A stretch of 64,000 bases of DNA from Spirochaetota bacterium (GCA_016932015.1 JAFGDQ010000037.1:19918-83917); one strand, 5' to 3'. Shown: positions 32,306 through 45,600, counted from the stretch's first letter. The notes: a model not told the origin generated them from the letters alone. Numbers and translations are program-made.

Positions 32306-32554
32306 CTATTTTGCTTTTTCGACTATTTCAACCAATCTATATCTTTTTTCTTTAGATAATGGCCTGGTTTCTTCAATCTTAACTATATCGCCAACGGAGC
32401 ACTCATTTTTCTCATCGTGACTTTTTACCCGTTTGGTTCTTTTAACCGACTTTTTATATAAGGGATGCATCATCAGACCTTCGAATTCAACAACAATTGT
32501 TTTGTCCATTTTTGTACTGACGACTTTGCCTATATCTTGTTTTCTATTATTCAT
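32306..32554 (-). CDS. rpsQ: 30S ribosomal protein S17
   Basis: 82 aa. Confidence 0.9.
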   Translation of the reverse strand: MNNRKQDIGKVVSTKMDKTIVVEFEGLMMHPLYKKSVKRTKRVKSHDEKNECSVGDIVKIEETRPLSKEKRYRLVEIVEKAK

Positions 32555-32591
32555 AAATATATTACCCTGTTTTTACAATAAAAACTATCTC

Positions 32592-32801
32592 TTATTTACC
32601 TTTCGGTGTTCTTACTCCAAGCTCATATTCTCTTTTCAAAGTTAATATCCGAGCAATATGTTTTTTCAGACTCTTAACTTTTTTCGGATTTTCGAGAGTA
32701 CTGGTAACCCGCTTAAATCTTTCCAATCTCAAAGTTTCCTTTGATTCTTTTAAACTTTTATCCAGTTCCTCTATATTAAGTTCTTCAAGCTTTCCCTTCA
32801 T
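32592..32801 (-). CDS. rpmC: 50S ribosomal protein L29
   Basis: 69 aa. Confidence 0.85.
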   Translation of the reverse strand: MKGKLEELNIEELDKSLKESKETLRLERFKRVTSTLENPKKVKSLKKHIARILTLKREYELGVRTPKGK

Positions 32802-32874
32802 TATTTATTCCTCGACTACACTCTTAAACACATATTATTTTAAATTATAAAATTTGAGTAATTTTCCTTATAAG

Positions 32875-33285
32875 TTATTCTGAAATAGAAATTATTTTCG
32901 TTTGAACAGAAAGTTTAAAAGCAGCCAACCTTAATGCTGCACGGGATAGACTTTCTTCAACTCCGGCTAATTCAAACAATACCTCGCCTGGTTTTACTCT
33001 TGCTACCCATCCTTCCGGATTGCCTTTACCTTTACCCATTCTTGTTTCTGCAGGTTTTTTGGTTACAGGGTAATCAGGAAATACTCTAATCCAGACCTTA
33101 CCGCCCCTTTTTATCTTTCTGGATATTGCGATACGGGCAGCTTCAATTTGTCTGTTCGAAATAACTCCGCATTCTGAAGCTTTAAGTGCATATTCACCAA
33201 ATATAATTTTTGACCCTCTAAATGCCTTACCTTTCATTCTGCCGCGCTGCAGTTTCCTGTGTTTGGTCCTTTTTGGCATTAACAT
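32875..33285 (-). CDS. rplP: 50S ribosomal protein L16
   Basis: 136 aa. Confidence 0.92.
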   Translation of the reverse strand: MLMPKRTKHRKLQRGRMKGKAFRGSKIIFGEYALKASECGVISNRQIEAARIAISRKIKRGGKVWIRVFPDYPVTKKPAETRMGKGKGNPEGWVARVKPGEVLFELAGVEESLSRAALRLAAFKLSVQTKIISISE

Positions 33286-33295
33286 ACGAGTTCTA

Positions 33296-33976
33296 CTATC
33301 TCCTCTTTCTTTTTACAGTATATTTATCTTCTTCAGTAGCTTCTCTTCCTGAAAGGACATCTCCATTATAAACCCACACTTTTACACCGATTAAACCGAA
33401 AGTGGTTAAAGCTTCAGCAAATCCGTAATCAATATCCGCTCTTAAAGTATGAAGCGGAATCCTGCCTTCCTTATATGATTCCGTTCGGGACATTTCAGCA
33501 CCATTCAGTCTTCCGGATACAGTTACTTTTATTCCAAGAGCTCCGCTTCTGACAGCACCGGTTATCGCCTGCTTAACTGCGCGCCTGAATGGAAATCTTG
33601 CTTTTAATTGATTAGCAACCTGCTCCGCAATAAGAGTGGCATTCTGTTCAACCTTTTTTTCTTCATTTATATTTATATATACTTTCTTTGAAGCCATTTT
33701 CTGAAGATCAGCTTTCATAACTTCAATATCAGCACCTTTCCTGCCTATTAAAATTCCCGGTCTCGCAGCATATATATTTATGTTAACCCTGTCAGGGAAT
33801 CTTTCAACTACTACCTTCGAAATACCGGCTGCTTTATATTTACCTTCAATAAAATTTCTGATTTTTAAATCTTCATGAAGATTCTTGGCATAGGTTTTTT
33901 TGTCTTCATACCAAATTGAATCCCAGCTTTTTATTATGCCCAGTCTGAAACTTACAGGATTTACCTTTTGACCCAT
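33296..33976 (-). CDS. rpsC: 30S ribosomal protein S3
   Basis: 226 aa; KH domain. Confidence 0.92.
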   Translation of the reverse strand: MGQKVNPVSFRLGIIKSWDSIWYEDKKTYAKNLHEDLKIRNFIEGKYKAAGISKVVVERFPDRVNINIYAARPGILIGRKGADIEVMKADLQKMASKKVYININEEKKVEQNATLIAEQVANQLKARFPFRRAVKQAITGAVRSGALGIKVTVSGRLNGAEMSRTESYKEGRIPLHTLRADIDYGFAEALTTFGLIGVKVWVYNGDVLSGREATEEDKYTVKRKRR

Positions 33977-33999
33977 ATTAGCTTTCCGTATTATTTATT

Positions 34000-34332
34000 T
34001 TAATTAGATAATATAACCATTATATGGCTTGTACGTTTTCTTATTCTTGATGCTCTTCCTCTTGCTCTGGCTCTGAATCTTTTCAGAGTGGGACCTTCAT
34101 CAATACATATCATTTTAATATAGAGATCATCTTCCAGTATATCAGGATTCTGATATTTAGCATTAGCCCCGGCAGAATGCAATGCCTTTAAGATCAGCCC
34201 GGATGCCTTTTTGGGGATTGCTTTTAAAGCATCTATTGCTTCAGGATACGAATATCCTCTTATTTCATCAGCAACAAGTCTTGCTTTATAAGCTGATATC
34301 CTGTTATATTTAGAAATTGCTTTTGCTTCCAC
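34000..34332 (-). CDS. rplV: 50S ribosomal protein L22
   Basis: 110 aa. Confidence 0.9.
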   Translation of the reverse strand: MEAKAISKYNRISAYKARLVADEIRGYSYPEAIDALKAIPKKASGLILKALHSAGANAKYQNPDILEDDLYIKMICIDEGPTLKRFRARARGRASRIRKRTSHIMVILSN

Positions 34333-34336
34333 TTAA

Positions 34337-34624
34337 TTACCTCTTTTTCTTAGCAACTTTATCGTCTTTACTTGTATGACCTCTATAGGTCCGTGTTGGC
34401 GCAAATTCCCCGAGTTTGTGTCCTACCATATTTTCAGTAACATATACCGGAATGAAATTTTTACCGTTATGTACCATTAAAGTATGTCCTATCATTTCAG
34501 GAAAAATCGTTGAACGTCTGGACCATGTCTTTATCGCTTTTTTGGTATTGGTAGAATTCATTTCTTCTACACGCCTGAACAACTTAATATCAATATAAGG
34601 GCCTTTCTTAATCGATCTGGACAT
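34337..34624 (-). CDS. rpsS: 30S ribosomal protein S19
   Basis: 95 aa. Confidence 0.92.
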   Translation of the reverse strand: MSRSIKKGPYIDIKLFRRVEEMNSTNTKKAIKTWSRRSTIFPEMIGHTLMVHNGKNFIPVYVTENMVGHKLGEFAPTRTYRGHTSKDDKVAKKKR

Positions 34625-34627
34625 GCT

Positions 34628-35452
34628 TTATTTCCTTCTATTTAAGATCATATTATTACTATATTTATTTTTCTTTCTGGTTTTATATCCTTTTGTAGGT
34701 ACTCCGGTTGGAGAAACAGGATGTCTACCGCCTGATGTCTTACCTTCACCGCCACCCAATGGGTGATCAACCGGATTCATGACAACTCCTCTTACTTTCG
34801 GCCTGTTATTCATCCATCTGCTTCTGCCGGCTTTACCGAGAATAACCTGATTTTTATCTTTATTGCCTACTTCACCGATAGTAGCATAATTTTCTTTGTG
34901 AATCTTTCTTATTTCGCCTGATGGAAGCTTAACAAATACATATTTTCCTTCTTTGGCAGTAATCTGAGCTGTTACTCCGGCAGATCTGACAAGCTGACCG
35001 CCTTTCCCTCTGTGAAGTTCAATATTGTAGATATTAGTTCCCTGAGGAATGTTCTTCATAGGCATCGCATTGCCTACTTTAATTTCTGCATTCTCTGATG
35101 ATATTATTATATCACCGACTTTAAGTGAAAAAGGTGCAATTACATATCTTTTTTCACCATCTTTGTATGTTATTAAAGCTATATTAGAAGTTCTGTTCGG
35201 ATCGTATTCTATAGTAGTAACTTTACCTTCAATATCGTACTTGTCACGTTTAAAATCAATGATTCTATATTTTTGTTTATGACCGCCGCCGCGTCTTCTG
35301 ACAGAAATCTGACCTTTATATCCTCTTCCGGCCGACTCCTTTTGTCCTACACATAATTTTTTATATGGTTTATCTGTAGTAATCTCTTCAAAGGTGAGAG
35401 TGGTTTTATACCTTTGTGTTGATGTTACAGGTCTGAATTTTTTAATAGCCAT
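34628..35452 (-). CDS. rplB: 50S ribosomal protein L2
   Basis: 274 aa. Confidence 0.93.
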   Translation of the reverse strand: MAIKKFRPVTSTQRYKTTLTFEEITTDKPYKKLCVGQKESAGRGYKGQISVRRRGGGHKQKYRIIDFKRDKYDIEGKVTTIEYDPNRTSNIALITYKDGEKRYVIAPFSLKVGDIIISSENAEIKVGNAMPMKNIPQGTNIYNIELHRGKGGQLVRSAGVTAQITAKEGKYVFVKLPSGEIRKIHKENYATIGEVGNKDKNQVILGKAGRSRWMNNRPKVRGVVMNPVDHPLGGGEGKTSGGRHPVSPTGVPTKGYKTRKKNKYSNNMILNRRK

Positions 35453-35485
35453 GAATTTTTTCCTTATCTTGCCATTCTACCTGAA

Positions 35486-35776
35486 TTATTGATTTTCAAA
35501 AAGTTCGATCTTTTCGTTCTGATTCAATGTCACAATTGCTTTTTTCCAGGAAGTAGTATATCCGTAATGATATCTGACTCTCTTCCTTCTTCCCCTGACT
35601 TTCATTATGTTTATTTTAACAGGAGTAACATTAAAAATATCTTTTACAGCTTTTGAAATAATATGTTTATTAGCGTACATCGGTACTCTAAAAACATATT
35701 TATTCACCTGTGACATCTCGGTAGATTTTTCTGATAAAACAGGTCTTACTAATATATCATTGTAGTTGTAACTCAT
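35486..35776 (-). CDS. rplW: 50S ribosomal protein L23
   Basis: 96 aa. Confidence 0.9.
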   Translation of the reverse strand: MSYNYNDILVRPVLSEKSTEMSQVNKYVFRVPMYANKHIISKAVKDIFNVTPVKINIMKVRGRRKRVRYHYGYTTSWKKAIVTLNQNEKIELFENQ

Positions 35777-35778
35777 TG

Positions 35779-36408
35779 TTATTTCTTGCCTTCAGCGTAT
35801 TTTGAATTCAAATATTGAACTGCACTCTCAGTAATTAAAATACTCTTTGAATAAAAGATGTCTCTTCCGGAAAGTCTTTTAGTATTTAAATATTTGAACC
35901 ACGGAATATTTCTAATTGCCCGCTTCAACTGAATACTTTCATTATCAGTTAAGAGAACTCCTTTTTCAATATTCAACGCACTACCAATTTTTGCGGCATC
36001 CCTGGTTTTTCCACTTTCAACACTAAAATCTTCAACGATTTTTATAGAGCCTTCCTGTAACTTTAAAGAAAAAAGAGAACGCATTGCTTCTTTTCTAATC
36101 TTCTTAGGTAAAGTAATAGTATAATCTCTAGGTTCCGGCCCGAAGACAGTACCGCCTCCTCTCCATTGAGGCGCTCTAATACTTCCCTGCCTGGCTCTAC
36201 CCGTTCCTTTCTGCCTCCAGGGTTTAGTACCCCCGCCGCTTATAAAAGAACGTTCTTTTGTCGCATGAGTACCCTGTCTCATATTCGCATTTGCCGCTTT
36301 AACAAGTTCATAAATAAGAACATCATTAATTTCAGCTTTAAAAACGGAGTCAGCAAGCTCAATTTCACCGACAACCTTTCCATCTATTGAATATTTATCT
36401 AAAACCAT
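35779..36408 (-). CDS. rplD: 50S ribosomal protein L4
   Basis: 209 aa. Confidence 0.92.
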   Translation of the reverse strand: MVLDKYSIDGKVVGEIELADSVFKAEINDVLIYELVKAANANMRQGTHATKERSFISGGGTKPWRQKGTGRARQGSIRAPQWRGGGTVFGPEPRDYTITLPKKIRKEAMRSLFSLKLQEGSIKIVEDFSVESGKTRDAAKIGSALNIEKGVLLTDNESIQLKRAIRNIPWFKYLNTKRLSGRDIFYSKSILITESAVQYLNSKYAEGKK

Positions 36409-36414
36409 TTGGAA

Positions 36415-37041
36415 CTAGCCTTTAGCCTTTTCTTTTACTACAATAATTGAATTCTTTCGACCCGGTACTGCTCCGGATATCAAGACAATATTTTCATCGT
36501 GAAAAACTTTGACAATCTTCAAATTTTTAACAGTAGTTGTTTTATTACCGTCACGCCCCGGCATTTTTTGCCCCTTCCAGACTTCACCAGGATATGCACA
36601 TGCCCCGATTGATCCCGGAGCACGGTGAAAGGTTGACCCGTGAGTTTTCTTACCACCCTTAAAACCATACCTCTTAACAACACCGGCAAACCCTTTACCT
36701 TTAGAAACGCCGGTTACGTCTACCGTATCATTATCTGCGAAAATATCGCATGAAATAACACTGCCTTCAGCCAATGAATCGTCAAAAACCTCTATCTCAC
36801 GAAATATTTTTTTAGGATCTATTCCGCGTTTTTTTAAATCCTCTGCTATTGACTTATTCAATCTCTGAGCCTTCTGCTCCATATAACCAATCTTCAATGA
36901 CTGATATCCGTCTTTCTCATCGGTTTTTTTCTGTATAACCACACAGGGACCTAATTCACAAATTGTAACCGGCACAACCTTGCCGTCTTCATTAAAGTAC
37001 TCAGTCATTCCGATTTTCTTTCCAATCAGAGCCTTTCGCAT
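36415..37041 (-). CDS. rplC: 50S ribosomal protein L3
   Basis: track ORF 36415..37050 begins at a TTG; the ATG three codons in (MRKALIGKKIGMT) matches canonical L3 N-termini, so start placed at 37041. Confidence 0.88.
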   Translation of the reverse strand: MRKALIGKKIGMTEYFNEDGKVVPVTICELGPCVVIQKKTDEKDGYQSLKIGYMEQKAQRLNKSIAEDLKKRGIDPKKIFREIEVFDDSLAEGSVISCDIFADNDTVDVTGVSKGKGFAGVVKRYGFKGGKKTHGSTFHRAPGSIGACAYPGEVWKGQKMPGRDGNKTTTVKNLKIVKVFHDENIVLISGAVPGRKNSIIVVKEKAKG

Positions 37042-37338
37042 TGCTCTCAACCCTATTATTTAAAGTATAATTTTCCGCTACTGTTAAAAATACAGCATTA
37101 TATATCCATCAACCGGAAAAGTCGGTAAAAAACACTTTACCGCCTGACAATTTCATATTGAGAATACAATTCTGCAATATTAACTAATTTACTAAATGAA
37201 AAGCCTCTCGATTTAGAGGGTAACCTCTTTATCTGGCCTATATCCGATAATTCGATGAATGGAGTTTCACCTTCTCCGGACATTAACGAATAGCTTAGCC
37301 AATTTAACAATCAATGGCTGCTTTGTGTGATAAACTGC

Positions 37339-37656
37339 TTAGGATTTTATATCAACTGAAACACCGGCTGGAAGTTCAAGCTTCATAAGCGCCTCAACTG
37401 TATCCGAATTCGGATTTACAATATCAATCAGACGCTTATGAGTCCTTATTTCAAACTGCTCACGTGAAGTTTTATTCACATGCGGTGATCGTAACACACA
37501 AAACTTTTCAATCTTAGTTGGCAGGGGGATCGGGCCGGCAACATTGGCGCCGCTTCTTTTAGTTGTCATTACAATTTTAACAGCTGACTGATCCAGCAAT
37601 CTTGCATCAAACGATCTCAGCTTTACTCTAATTTTCTGCTCGCCAATCTTTGCCAC
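37339..37656 (-). CDS. rpsJ: 30S ribosomal protein S10
   Basis: 105 aa. Confidence 0.92.
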   Translation of the reverse strand: MAKIGEQKIRVKLRSFDARLLDQSAVKIVMTTKRSGANVAGPIPLPTKIEKFCVLRSPHVNKTSREQFEIRTHKRLIDIVNPNSDTVEALMKLELPAGVSVDIKS

Positions 37657-37772
37657 TTCTTTTTTCCCTCTTAATGTCTTAATTTAATATTTTTTGCCAA
37701 CTATCCAACAAATAGTTCGACAAAGCTAATCTATAGACTTATAAAGTCAAACTTTTTTTTAATTTACAATAA

Positions 37773-38975
37773 TTATTCTATAACTTTCGCAACAACACCT
37801 GCTCCAACTGTTCTTCCACCTTCTCTGATAGCAAAACGCAGTGTTTCTTCCATGGCAACTTCGGTAATCAATGTTACTATCATCTTGATATTATCGCCAG
37901 GCATTACCATTTCTACACCTTCAGGAAGACTAATTGTACCTGTAACGTCAGTTGTTCTGAAATAGAACTGAGGTCTGTAATTACTGAAGAAAGGAGTATG
38001 CCTTCCGCCTTCTTCTTTTGACAGAACGTAAACTTCTGCTTCAAATTTTGTATGCGGTGTAATTGAACCCGGCTTAGCAAGAACCTGTCCTCTTTCAACT
38101 TCCTCTTTACCAATACCGCGCAGCAGACATCCTACGTTATCTCCAGCCATACCTTCATCAAGAATCTTTCTGAACATCTCAACACCGGTACAAACTGTTT
38201 TTCTTGTTTCGCCAAAACCTACGATTTCAATCTCATCACCTGTTTTAACAATTCCTCTTTCAATTCTTCCAGTTACAACTGTACCGCGGCCTGTAATAGA
38301 AAAAACATCCTCTATAGGCATCAGGAATGGTTTATCTGTAGCACGAACCGGCTCAGGAATATAATCATCAAGAGCTTGGGCAAGTTCTACAATCTTTTCC
38401 GTCCACTCATTTTCCTCTGTAGCTTCCATAGCTTTAAGAGCTGATCCCGGAATGATCGGAATTTCATCACCGGGGAATTCATATTTATTCAGTAACTCTC
38501 TGACTTCCATTTCAACAAGCTCTACCATCTCATCTCTTTCAGATGGATCAAGCATGTCAACTTTATTTAAAAACACGATAATATTCGGAACGTTAACCTG
38601 CTTTGCAAGAAGAACGTGCTCTTTTGTCTGAGGCATGGGTCCGTCAGTTGCAGCAACAACAAGTATAGCAGCATCCATCTGAGCTGCACCGGTAATCATA
38701 TTCTTGATATAGTCAGCATGACCAGGACAGTCTACATGAGCATAATGTCTGTTTGGTGTTTCATATTCCTGATGAGATGTAGCAATAGTTATACCCCTTT
38801 GCCTTTCTTCCGGAGCATTGTCAATCTGATCAAAATCTACTGCTTTACCAGTCCCGTATTTTCTGTTTAAACATTTTGTTATTGCTGATGTCAGCGTTGT
38901 TTTACCATGGTCGATATGCCCAATTGTACCCACATTAACATGAGGTTTGGTTCGTTGAAATTTTTCCTTAGCCAT
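37773..38975 (-). CDS. tuf: elongation factor Tu
   Basis: 400 aa; [18 protein letters not shown] GTPase motifs. Confidence 0.95.
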   Translation of the reverse strand: MAKEKFQRTKPHVNVGTIGHIDHGKTTLTSAITKCLNRKYGTGKAVDFDQIDNAPEERQRGITIATSHQEYETPNRHYAHVDCPGHADYIKNMITGAAQMDAAILVVAATDGPMPQTKEHVLLAKQVNVPNIIVFLNKVDMLDPSERDEMVELVEMEVRELLNKYEFPGDEIPIIPGSALKAMEATEENEWTEKIVELAQALDDYIPEPVRATDKPFLMPIEDVFSITGRGTVVTGRIERGIVKTGDEIEIVGFGETRKTVCTGVEMFRKILDEGMAGDNVGCLLRGIGKEEVERGQVLAKPGSITPHTKFEAEVYVLSKEEGGRHTPFFSNYRPQFYFRTTDVTGTISLPEGVEMVMPGDNIKMIVTLITEVAMEETLRFAIREGGRTVGAGVVAKVIE

Positions 38976-39276
38976 TTTTTTCTCCTTATATTTTCCTAAA
39001 ATATCTTCAAGTAATATAACATCATAATGTTACAATATATTAACAAATAATATCATCTAAATTTCGGACTAGATTAGCCGAAGGACCGAACGATGTTATC
39101 TACGAAATTATCTAATAAATTTGTATTAAATCTATTAGATAATAATACAGCAGAGCGTAAAATTAAGTAACAATTGTCGTATTTCTGTCAACTAAAATAA
39201 TCCAAATATATATTTTTTCTTATTTGTTTTCAATATTATAATATTATAAATAAATCTTTTACAGATATGAATATTA

Positions 39277-41361
39277 TCATGAAATACCCATCATTTTACC
39301 AATAATATTATTTGTAATATTAACCGGTACCTGATCGTAATGACTGAACTGAAGAGTATTTGAAGCACGGCCCTGGCTCAGAGAGCGCAGGCTGGTAGTA
39401 TATCCAAACATTTCAGACAGCGGTGCAGTTGCCTCAATTACTTTAAGCTGCTTCAAAACATCAATTTTTTCAATTTTTCCCCTTCGCATATTGAGATCGT
39501 TTATAATATCTCCTGTATACTCGTCAGGTGTAACAATTTCAAGTTTCATAATTGGTTCAAGTAAAACAGATTCACCTTTACGTACGCCTTCCCTGACAGC
39601 TATATTTGCTGCAATCCTGTATGCCGTATCAACAGAGTCAGCCTCATTATATGATCCGCCGATCAGTTTTATTTTCAAATCAACCATTTCATAACCGGCC
39701 AGGACACCTGCCATTAATGCGCTATTTACACCTTCCTCAATAAAAGGGATAAAGTCATCAGGAATCTCATTATTCTTTAAAGCGTTTTCAAAAAATGATC
39801 CAGAACCGGGTTTTAAAGGAGTCAATTCAAGAATAACATGTCCAAACTGTTCCTGCCCGGCCAGTTGTTTTTCATATTTATGCTCAGATACAACACTTTT
39901 TGTCAATGTTTCCTTGTAAGTAACCTGTGGTTTCCCTACATTAGCCTGCACATTGAATTCTTTAATTAATCTGTCTACGATTATTTCAAGATGCAGCTCG
40001 CCCATACCAGATATCAATGTCTGCCCTGTATCTGGATCTTTTCTTACATGAAAAGTCGGATCCTCTTCTTCAAGACGGGTAAGTGCCGCATTAAATTTCT
40101 CCTGATCAGCTTTTGTCTTCGGTTCAAAACTTTTTGAGATAACAGGCACAGGAAATATCATTTTTTCAAGTAAGATCGGTTCATTGACCGAAGTAAATGT
40201 ATCACCTGTAGTTGCGGACTTTAATCCGACAAAAGCTATAATATCCCCCGTATGCACCTCCGTAACATCTTCCCTGTCATTTGCATGCATGCGTAATATT
40301 CGACCTATCCTTTCTTTTTTATTTTTACTTACATTGAAAATCTGATCGCCTTTTTTGGCCTGGCCTGAATATACTCTTGCGTAAACAAGACTTCCTACAT
40401 ACTGATCTGATCTTATTTTAAAAATATAACAGCAAAAAGGTTCTTTATCGTCTGCTTCACGATATAATAATTCCTCATGATTATCCGGATTATGCCCCTG
40501 AACCGGTTTTACGTCTTTAGGAGAAGGAAGAAAATCAACTATTGCTTCAAGAACTGGCTGCACTCCTTTATTTTTTAATGCAGTGCCGCAAAAAACCGGA
40601 AAAACTTCAGTATTTATAGTTGATTTTCTAACAGCTTCTTTTATTTCATCGGAGGTAATATCCTCACCTTCCAGATATTTTTCCATTATATTATCATTGA
40701 ATTCTGCGAGAACTTCAATCATATGCTGCCTGGCTTCTTCTGCCCCGGATTTCAATTCCTCAGGAATTCCCGATTTCTCTTCTTTTTCCCCATGTTCACC
40801 TTTCCAGGAAAGAGACTTCATTTCAATAAGATCTATTACTCCGAAAAATTTGTCCTCTGCTCCGACAGGAATCTGCAAAGGAAGTGGCAGGGCAAAAAGT
40901 TTCGATTTTATCATCTCAATCGTCCGATTGTAATCAGCACCGATTCTGTCCATCTTATTAACAAAACAAATTCTGGGAATATGATAATTATCTGCCTGTC
41001 TCCAGACCGTTTCAGACTGAGGTTCCACTCCGGCAACAGAATCAAACACGGCGATTGCTGAATCAAGGACTCTAAGGCTTCTTTCAACCTCAACTGTAAA
41101 ATCGACATGACCCGGAGTATCAATAATATTGATCCGGGTATTTTTCCAGAAACATGTAGTCGCAGCAGCTGTTATTGTTATACCGCGTTCTTTTTCCTGA
41201 GACATCCAGTCCATTTCGGCTGTACCCTCATGAACCTCTCCGATTTTATATGTTTTACCCGTATAAAACAGAATGCGTTCAGTGAGTGTTGTTTTGCCGG
41301 CATCTATGTGAGCCATAATACCGATATTTCTGGTTCTGGCTAAAGGTAATTCTCGTCCCAT
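39277..41361 (-). CDS. fusA: elongation factor G
   Basis: 694 aa; [18 protein letters not shown] motifs; five-domain EF-G. Confidence 0.95.
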   Translation of the reverse strand: MGRELPLARTRNIGIMAHIDAGKTTLTERILFYTGKTYKIGEVHEGTAEMDWMSQEKERGITITAAATTCFWKNTRINIIDTPGHVDFTVEVERSLRVLDSAIAVFDSVAGVEPQSETVWRQADNYHIPRICFVNKMDRIGADYNRTIEMIKSKLFALPLPLQIPVGAEDKFFGVIDLIEMKSLSWKGEHGEKEEKSGIPEELKSGAEEARQHMIEVLAEFNDNIMEKYLEGEDITSDEIKEAVRKSTINTEVFPVFCGTALKNKGVQPVLEAIVDFLPSPKDVKPVQGHNPDNHEELLYREADDKEPFCCYIFKIRSDQYVGSLVYARVYSGQAKKGDQIFNVSKNKKERIGRILRMHANDREDVTEVHTGDIIAFVGLKSATTGDTFTSVNEPILLEKMIFPVPVISKSFEPKTKADQEKFNAALTRLEEEDPTFHVRKDPDTGQTLISGMGELHLEIIVDRLIKEFNVQANVGKPQVTYKETLTKSVVSEHKYEKQLAGQEQFGHVILELTPLKPGSGSFFENALKNNEIPDDFIPFIEEGVNSALMAGVLAGYEMVDLKIKLIGGSYNEADSVDTAYRIAANIAVREGVRKGESVLLEPIMKLEIVTPDEYTGDIINDLNMRRGKIEKIDVLKQLKVIEATAPLSEMFGYTTSLRSLSQGRASNTLQFSHYDQVPVNITNNIIGKMMGIS

Positions 41362-41587
41362 TATTCTAACTTTATTTAAAATTTAATCCATGAAACAATT
41401 CTATTTATGATAGACACAAAAGTAATGACCTTAAATATATTAAATACCAGGGAAATTCCCTGGTATTTAATATAATATCAAATTCACATGCATGTGAATA
41501 CTTAACTCAATAGAGAAACTCCACAGAATAGTGGAATTACAGTTAAGTGAAGATTATACTAACAATGTTACAGTTAATGTATAGATA

Positions 41588-42058
41588 TTACCATTTAAAA
41601 TGAGCAAAGGCCTTATTTGCATCCGCCATTTTATGAGTATCTTCTTTTTTCTTTATTGATGTGCCCGTGTTATTATAAGCATCCATCAATTCTCCTGCAA
41701 GGCGCTGATACATTGTCTTTTCAGGTCTGGTTCTGGAGTTGTTGATCAGCCATCTTATTCCCAATGCCTGACGTCTTTCAGGTCTGATATCAACAGGAAT
41801 CTGATAAGTTGCACCGCCGACACGACGTGATCTGACTTCCAGGAGCGGCTTAACATTTTCCAGAGCTTTCGTAAATACTTCAAGTGCGCCTTTATTGGTT
41901 TTTTCCTGCAGGATGTCCATTGCTTTATAAAAAATGGACTCACTAACTCCTTTTTTTCCGTCATACATCATACAGTTAACGAATTTTGCAATAAGTTCAC
42001 TGTGGTATTTAGGATCGGGGATTACTGATCTTTTTTCAGCTTGTCTCCTTCGCGACAT
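41588..42058 (-). CDS. rpsG: 30S ribosomal protein S7
   Basis: 156 aa. Confidence 0.92.
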   Translation of the reverse strand: MSRRRQAEKRSVIPDPKYHSELIAKFVNCMMYDGKKGVSESIFYKAMDILQEKTNKGALEVFTKALENVKPLLEVRSRRVGGATYQIPVDIRPERRQALGIRWLINNSRTRPEKTMYQRLAGELMDAYNNTGTSIKKKEDTHKMADANKAFAHFKW

Positions 42059-42115
42059 TTGTAACTCCTATAATATTATATGCTATATGTATTATTATCG
42101 TAATAATTCAACAAG

Positions 42116-42490
42116 TTAAGCTTTAGGCTTTTTGGCTCCGTATTTGGATCTTCCTCTTTTGCGGTCATCTACTCCAAGTGTATCCAATGCACCACGTACA
42201 ATATGATACCTTACACCGGGAAGATCTTTTACTCTTCCGCCTCTTACAAGTACAGCAGAGTGTTCCTGAAGATTGTGTCCAACTCCCGGAATATAAGCTG
42301 TGACCTCAATACCATTAGTAAGCCTTACCCTTGCAACCTTTCTTAAAGCTGAGTTAGGCTTTTTAGGAGTAACAGTCATAACCCTTGTGCATACTCCGCG
42401 CTTTTGCGGTGAACTATCAAGTGCAGGTGATTTAGATTTTTTCTTCTTTGAGCTTCTTCCCTGTCTTACTAACTGATTAATTGTAGGCAT
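42116..42490 (-). CDS. rpsL: 30S ribosomal protein S12
   Basis: 124 aa; [12 protein letters not shown]. Confidence 0.93.
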   Translation of the reverse strand: MPTINQLVRQGRSSKKKKSKSPALDSSPQKRGVCTRVMTVTPKKPNSALRKVARVRLTNGIEVTAYIPGVGHNLQEHSAVLVRGGRVKDLPGVRYHIVRGALDTLGVDDRKRGRSKYGAKKPKA

Positions 42491-42647
42491 TTTTAATCCT
42501 TCTTTTTATTTAATCTATTTTCCAATATTTACTGAAATCGTATTTTCTTACAAAGTATAAATTCAAAACATTTTAACGCCGTTTTTGTCAATAAAAAATA
42601 CTGATTATAACGCGAAATGATTCAATAAAGTATTAATATGCTCTTTT

Positions 42648-45600
42648 TTAAGCCTCTGTCTCCGCTTCCGACTCCATATCAATCTTAACTTCCTCTTCTA
42701 TTTCCGGTTCAATTTCCGGAGATGAGCTTCCATCAAGGTCTCCGGGTACTTCACGATATACAGATACAGCTTTATATTCCCTTACACCAGTACCGGCAGG
42801 AATAAGATGTCCAATAATAACATTCTCTTTTAATCCTCTCAGATTATCGACTTTCCCTTTAATTGCTGCATCAGTTAATACCTTTGTTGTTTCCTGGAAT
42901 GATGCCGCAGAGATAAATGAATCGGTATTAAGAGCTGATTTTGTAATACCCATAAGTACAGGAACAGCTGTAGCCGGTTTTCCACCTTCCTGAATAACCC
43001 TTTCATTTTCTTTAATGAAGTCAAATTTATCAATTATCTGTTCAATAATAAAACTTGTATCTCCGGGATCTGTAAGCCTTACCTTTCTAAGCATCTGTCT
43101 TACTATTACTTCAATGTGCTTGTCATTTATTCCTACACCCTGTAAACGATAAACCTCCTGAATTTCATTTACAAGGAACTTCTGCAGTTCTCTCGGGCCT
43201 TTGATTATCAGAATATCATGGGGATCAACAGGACCATCGTCAATCTTTTCACCTCTATTGATCCAGTCTCCATCCTGTACTCTAAGAAATTTTGAAGCGG
43301 CAATCGAATATTCCTTCTGTACTCCGTTTTCGCCCTTAATAACGACTTTTCTCTTATTTTTGACAGTATCACCAATAACGACTTCTCCGTCAAGCTCAGA
43401 AAGAGTTGCAGCATCCTTGGGAATTCTTGCCTCAAACAGTTCAGCAACTCTAGGCAAACCGCCTGTAATATCCTTTGTTTTACCTGCAGCCCTTGGTATT
43501 TTCGCAATAACCGTACCGGCTTTAACATTATCATCCTCATTGATTATAAGATGTGCTCCGCCCGGCAATAAATATGTAATCGGCTCTTCCGAACTTGGTG
43601 TATAAATTTCAACTCTTGGCTGAAGTTTTTCAGCTTTATATTCGGTAATAATCCTCTGAGCGACCGTTGTCTGTGGATCGATTTCTTCCCTCAATGTTTT
43701 GTGCAATTCCAGGTCAACAAATTTAACCTTTCCGGTTACCTCTGTAATAATCGGTTCCAGCCATGGGTCAAACGTAGCAAGTACAGTATTCCTTTCGTAG
43801 ATTTTATCGGGTTTAACTGAAATCTCCGTACCTACATTAATTGGAATTGAATGAAGATCGCCTAATATAAATAATTTCTTTTTGTCAATTTTAACAACAC
43901 CTGATTTTGTTACTTCGGTTTTTCCGTCTTTTGGATCGTTAAGTACAGCAGCACCGGTATATATTTTATCTCCGTCATTAACAAGTACTTCAGCATTCGT
44001 CTTGATATTAAACTCATTGATAACTCGCTGAACAATTAAATATCCTCTTCTTACAGTAATAACCTTTTTATCATCTGTTTTTACAGTCCTTGAGGTCAAC
44101 TCTTTCAGATAAACCGGATAAGCGAGTTTTATTTCATTTTCTTCAACCGAGCTTGAAGCAATGCCGCCTATGTGAAATGTTCTCATTGTCAGCTGAGTTC
44201 CAGGCTGACCGATTGACTGAGCGGCTATAATCCCTACAGCCTCTCCTATATCAACAGCTTGCGCATTTGCCAGGTTTCTGCCATAACATTTTGCACAAAC
44301 TCCGTGTTCTGCTTCACATGTTAATACTGATCTGATTTCAATTGTATCTATATTTAATTCATCTATAAGATCTGCAGCTTCTTCATCAATTATATCGTCA
44401 GCCTTATATATAATTTCTCCCGTAACAGGATGTATCAGGTCATAAAGAAGAGTTCTTCCCAGAACCCTTTCTCCCAGGGTTTCAATTGATTCATCCCCCT
44501 CTTTTATTGGCTGAATATCAATTCCAACTGTTGTCCCGCAGTCTTCCATTGTAATTACGACATCCTGCGCAATATCAACAAGCCTTCTTGTAAGGTAACC
44601 GGCGTCCGCTGTCTTTAATGCAGTATCCGCCAATCCTTTTCTCGCACCATTGGTTGAGATAAAATATTCCAGAACATTCAGGCCTTCTTTAAAGTTGGAA
44701 CGAATCGGAACATCAATAATTTCACCGCTCGGTTTTGCCATCAGTCCTCGCATACCGGCAAGCTGTCTGATCTGCTGCTTACTTCCTCTTGCACCGGAGA
44801 AAGCCATCATATTTATATTGTTAAACCCGTCCTGCTCCTGAGATAATCTTTCAAAAGTTATATCTGATACTTTTTCATTCGCAGTAGTCCAGACGTTAAC
44901 AACTCTGTTATATCTTTCCTCATCGGTAATGAATCCGCTTCTGTATTCATTTTCTATCTGCTCAACTTTTTTATCTGCTTCACCTATCAGGGCCTCTTTT
45001 TCTTCAGGAATAGTAATGTCGGATATTGAAATTGTCGAACCGAAATAAGTGGCATATTTATAGCCGGTTTCCTTGATTCTATCAAGTGTCTCGACCGTAA
45101 CAGAATGTCCGAATTTCCTGAAAATATTCGATATCAGATGAGATAAATCTTTATCAGTTACGGTACTGTTGATATAAGGATATCCTTCAGGCAGTATCTT
45201 ATTAAAAATCAGACGTCCCGGAGTAGTTTCAAGAAATTCTTCATCAATCAGGTACTTAATCCTTGTCCTTAGTTTTATCTGCCCGTAATCAACAGCTTTA
45301 AGTACATCCGCTTCGTTATCAAAATATTTAAGTTCAACGCCTACTTCAGGAGTAAACTCCGAAGTCAGATAACAAATTCCAAGAACAATATCCTGTGAAG
45401 GAATAGTAACAGGCTGACCATTAGCAGGAGAAAGCAGGTTATTCGAAGCAAGCATCAAAATCCAGCATTCCAGCTGAGCTCTTGGTGACAATGGAACGTG
45501 TACAGCCATCTGGTCACCGTCAAAGTCGGCATTATAAGCATGACAGACGAGAGGATGAAGTCTTATAGCCTTTCCTTCAACAAGTTTAGGTTCAAATGCC

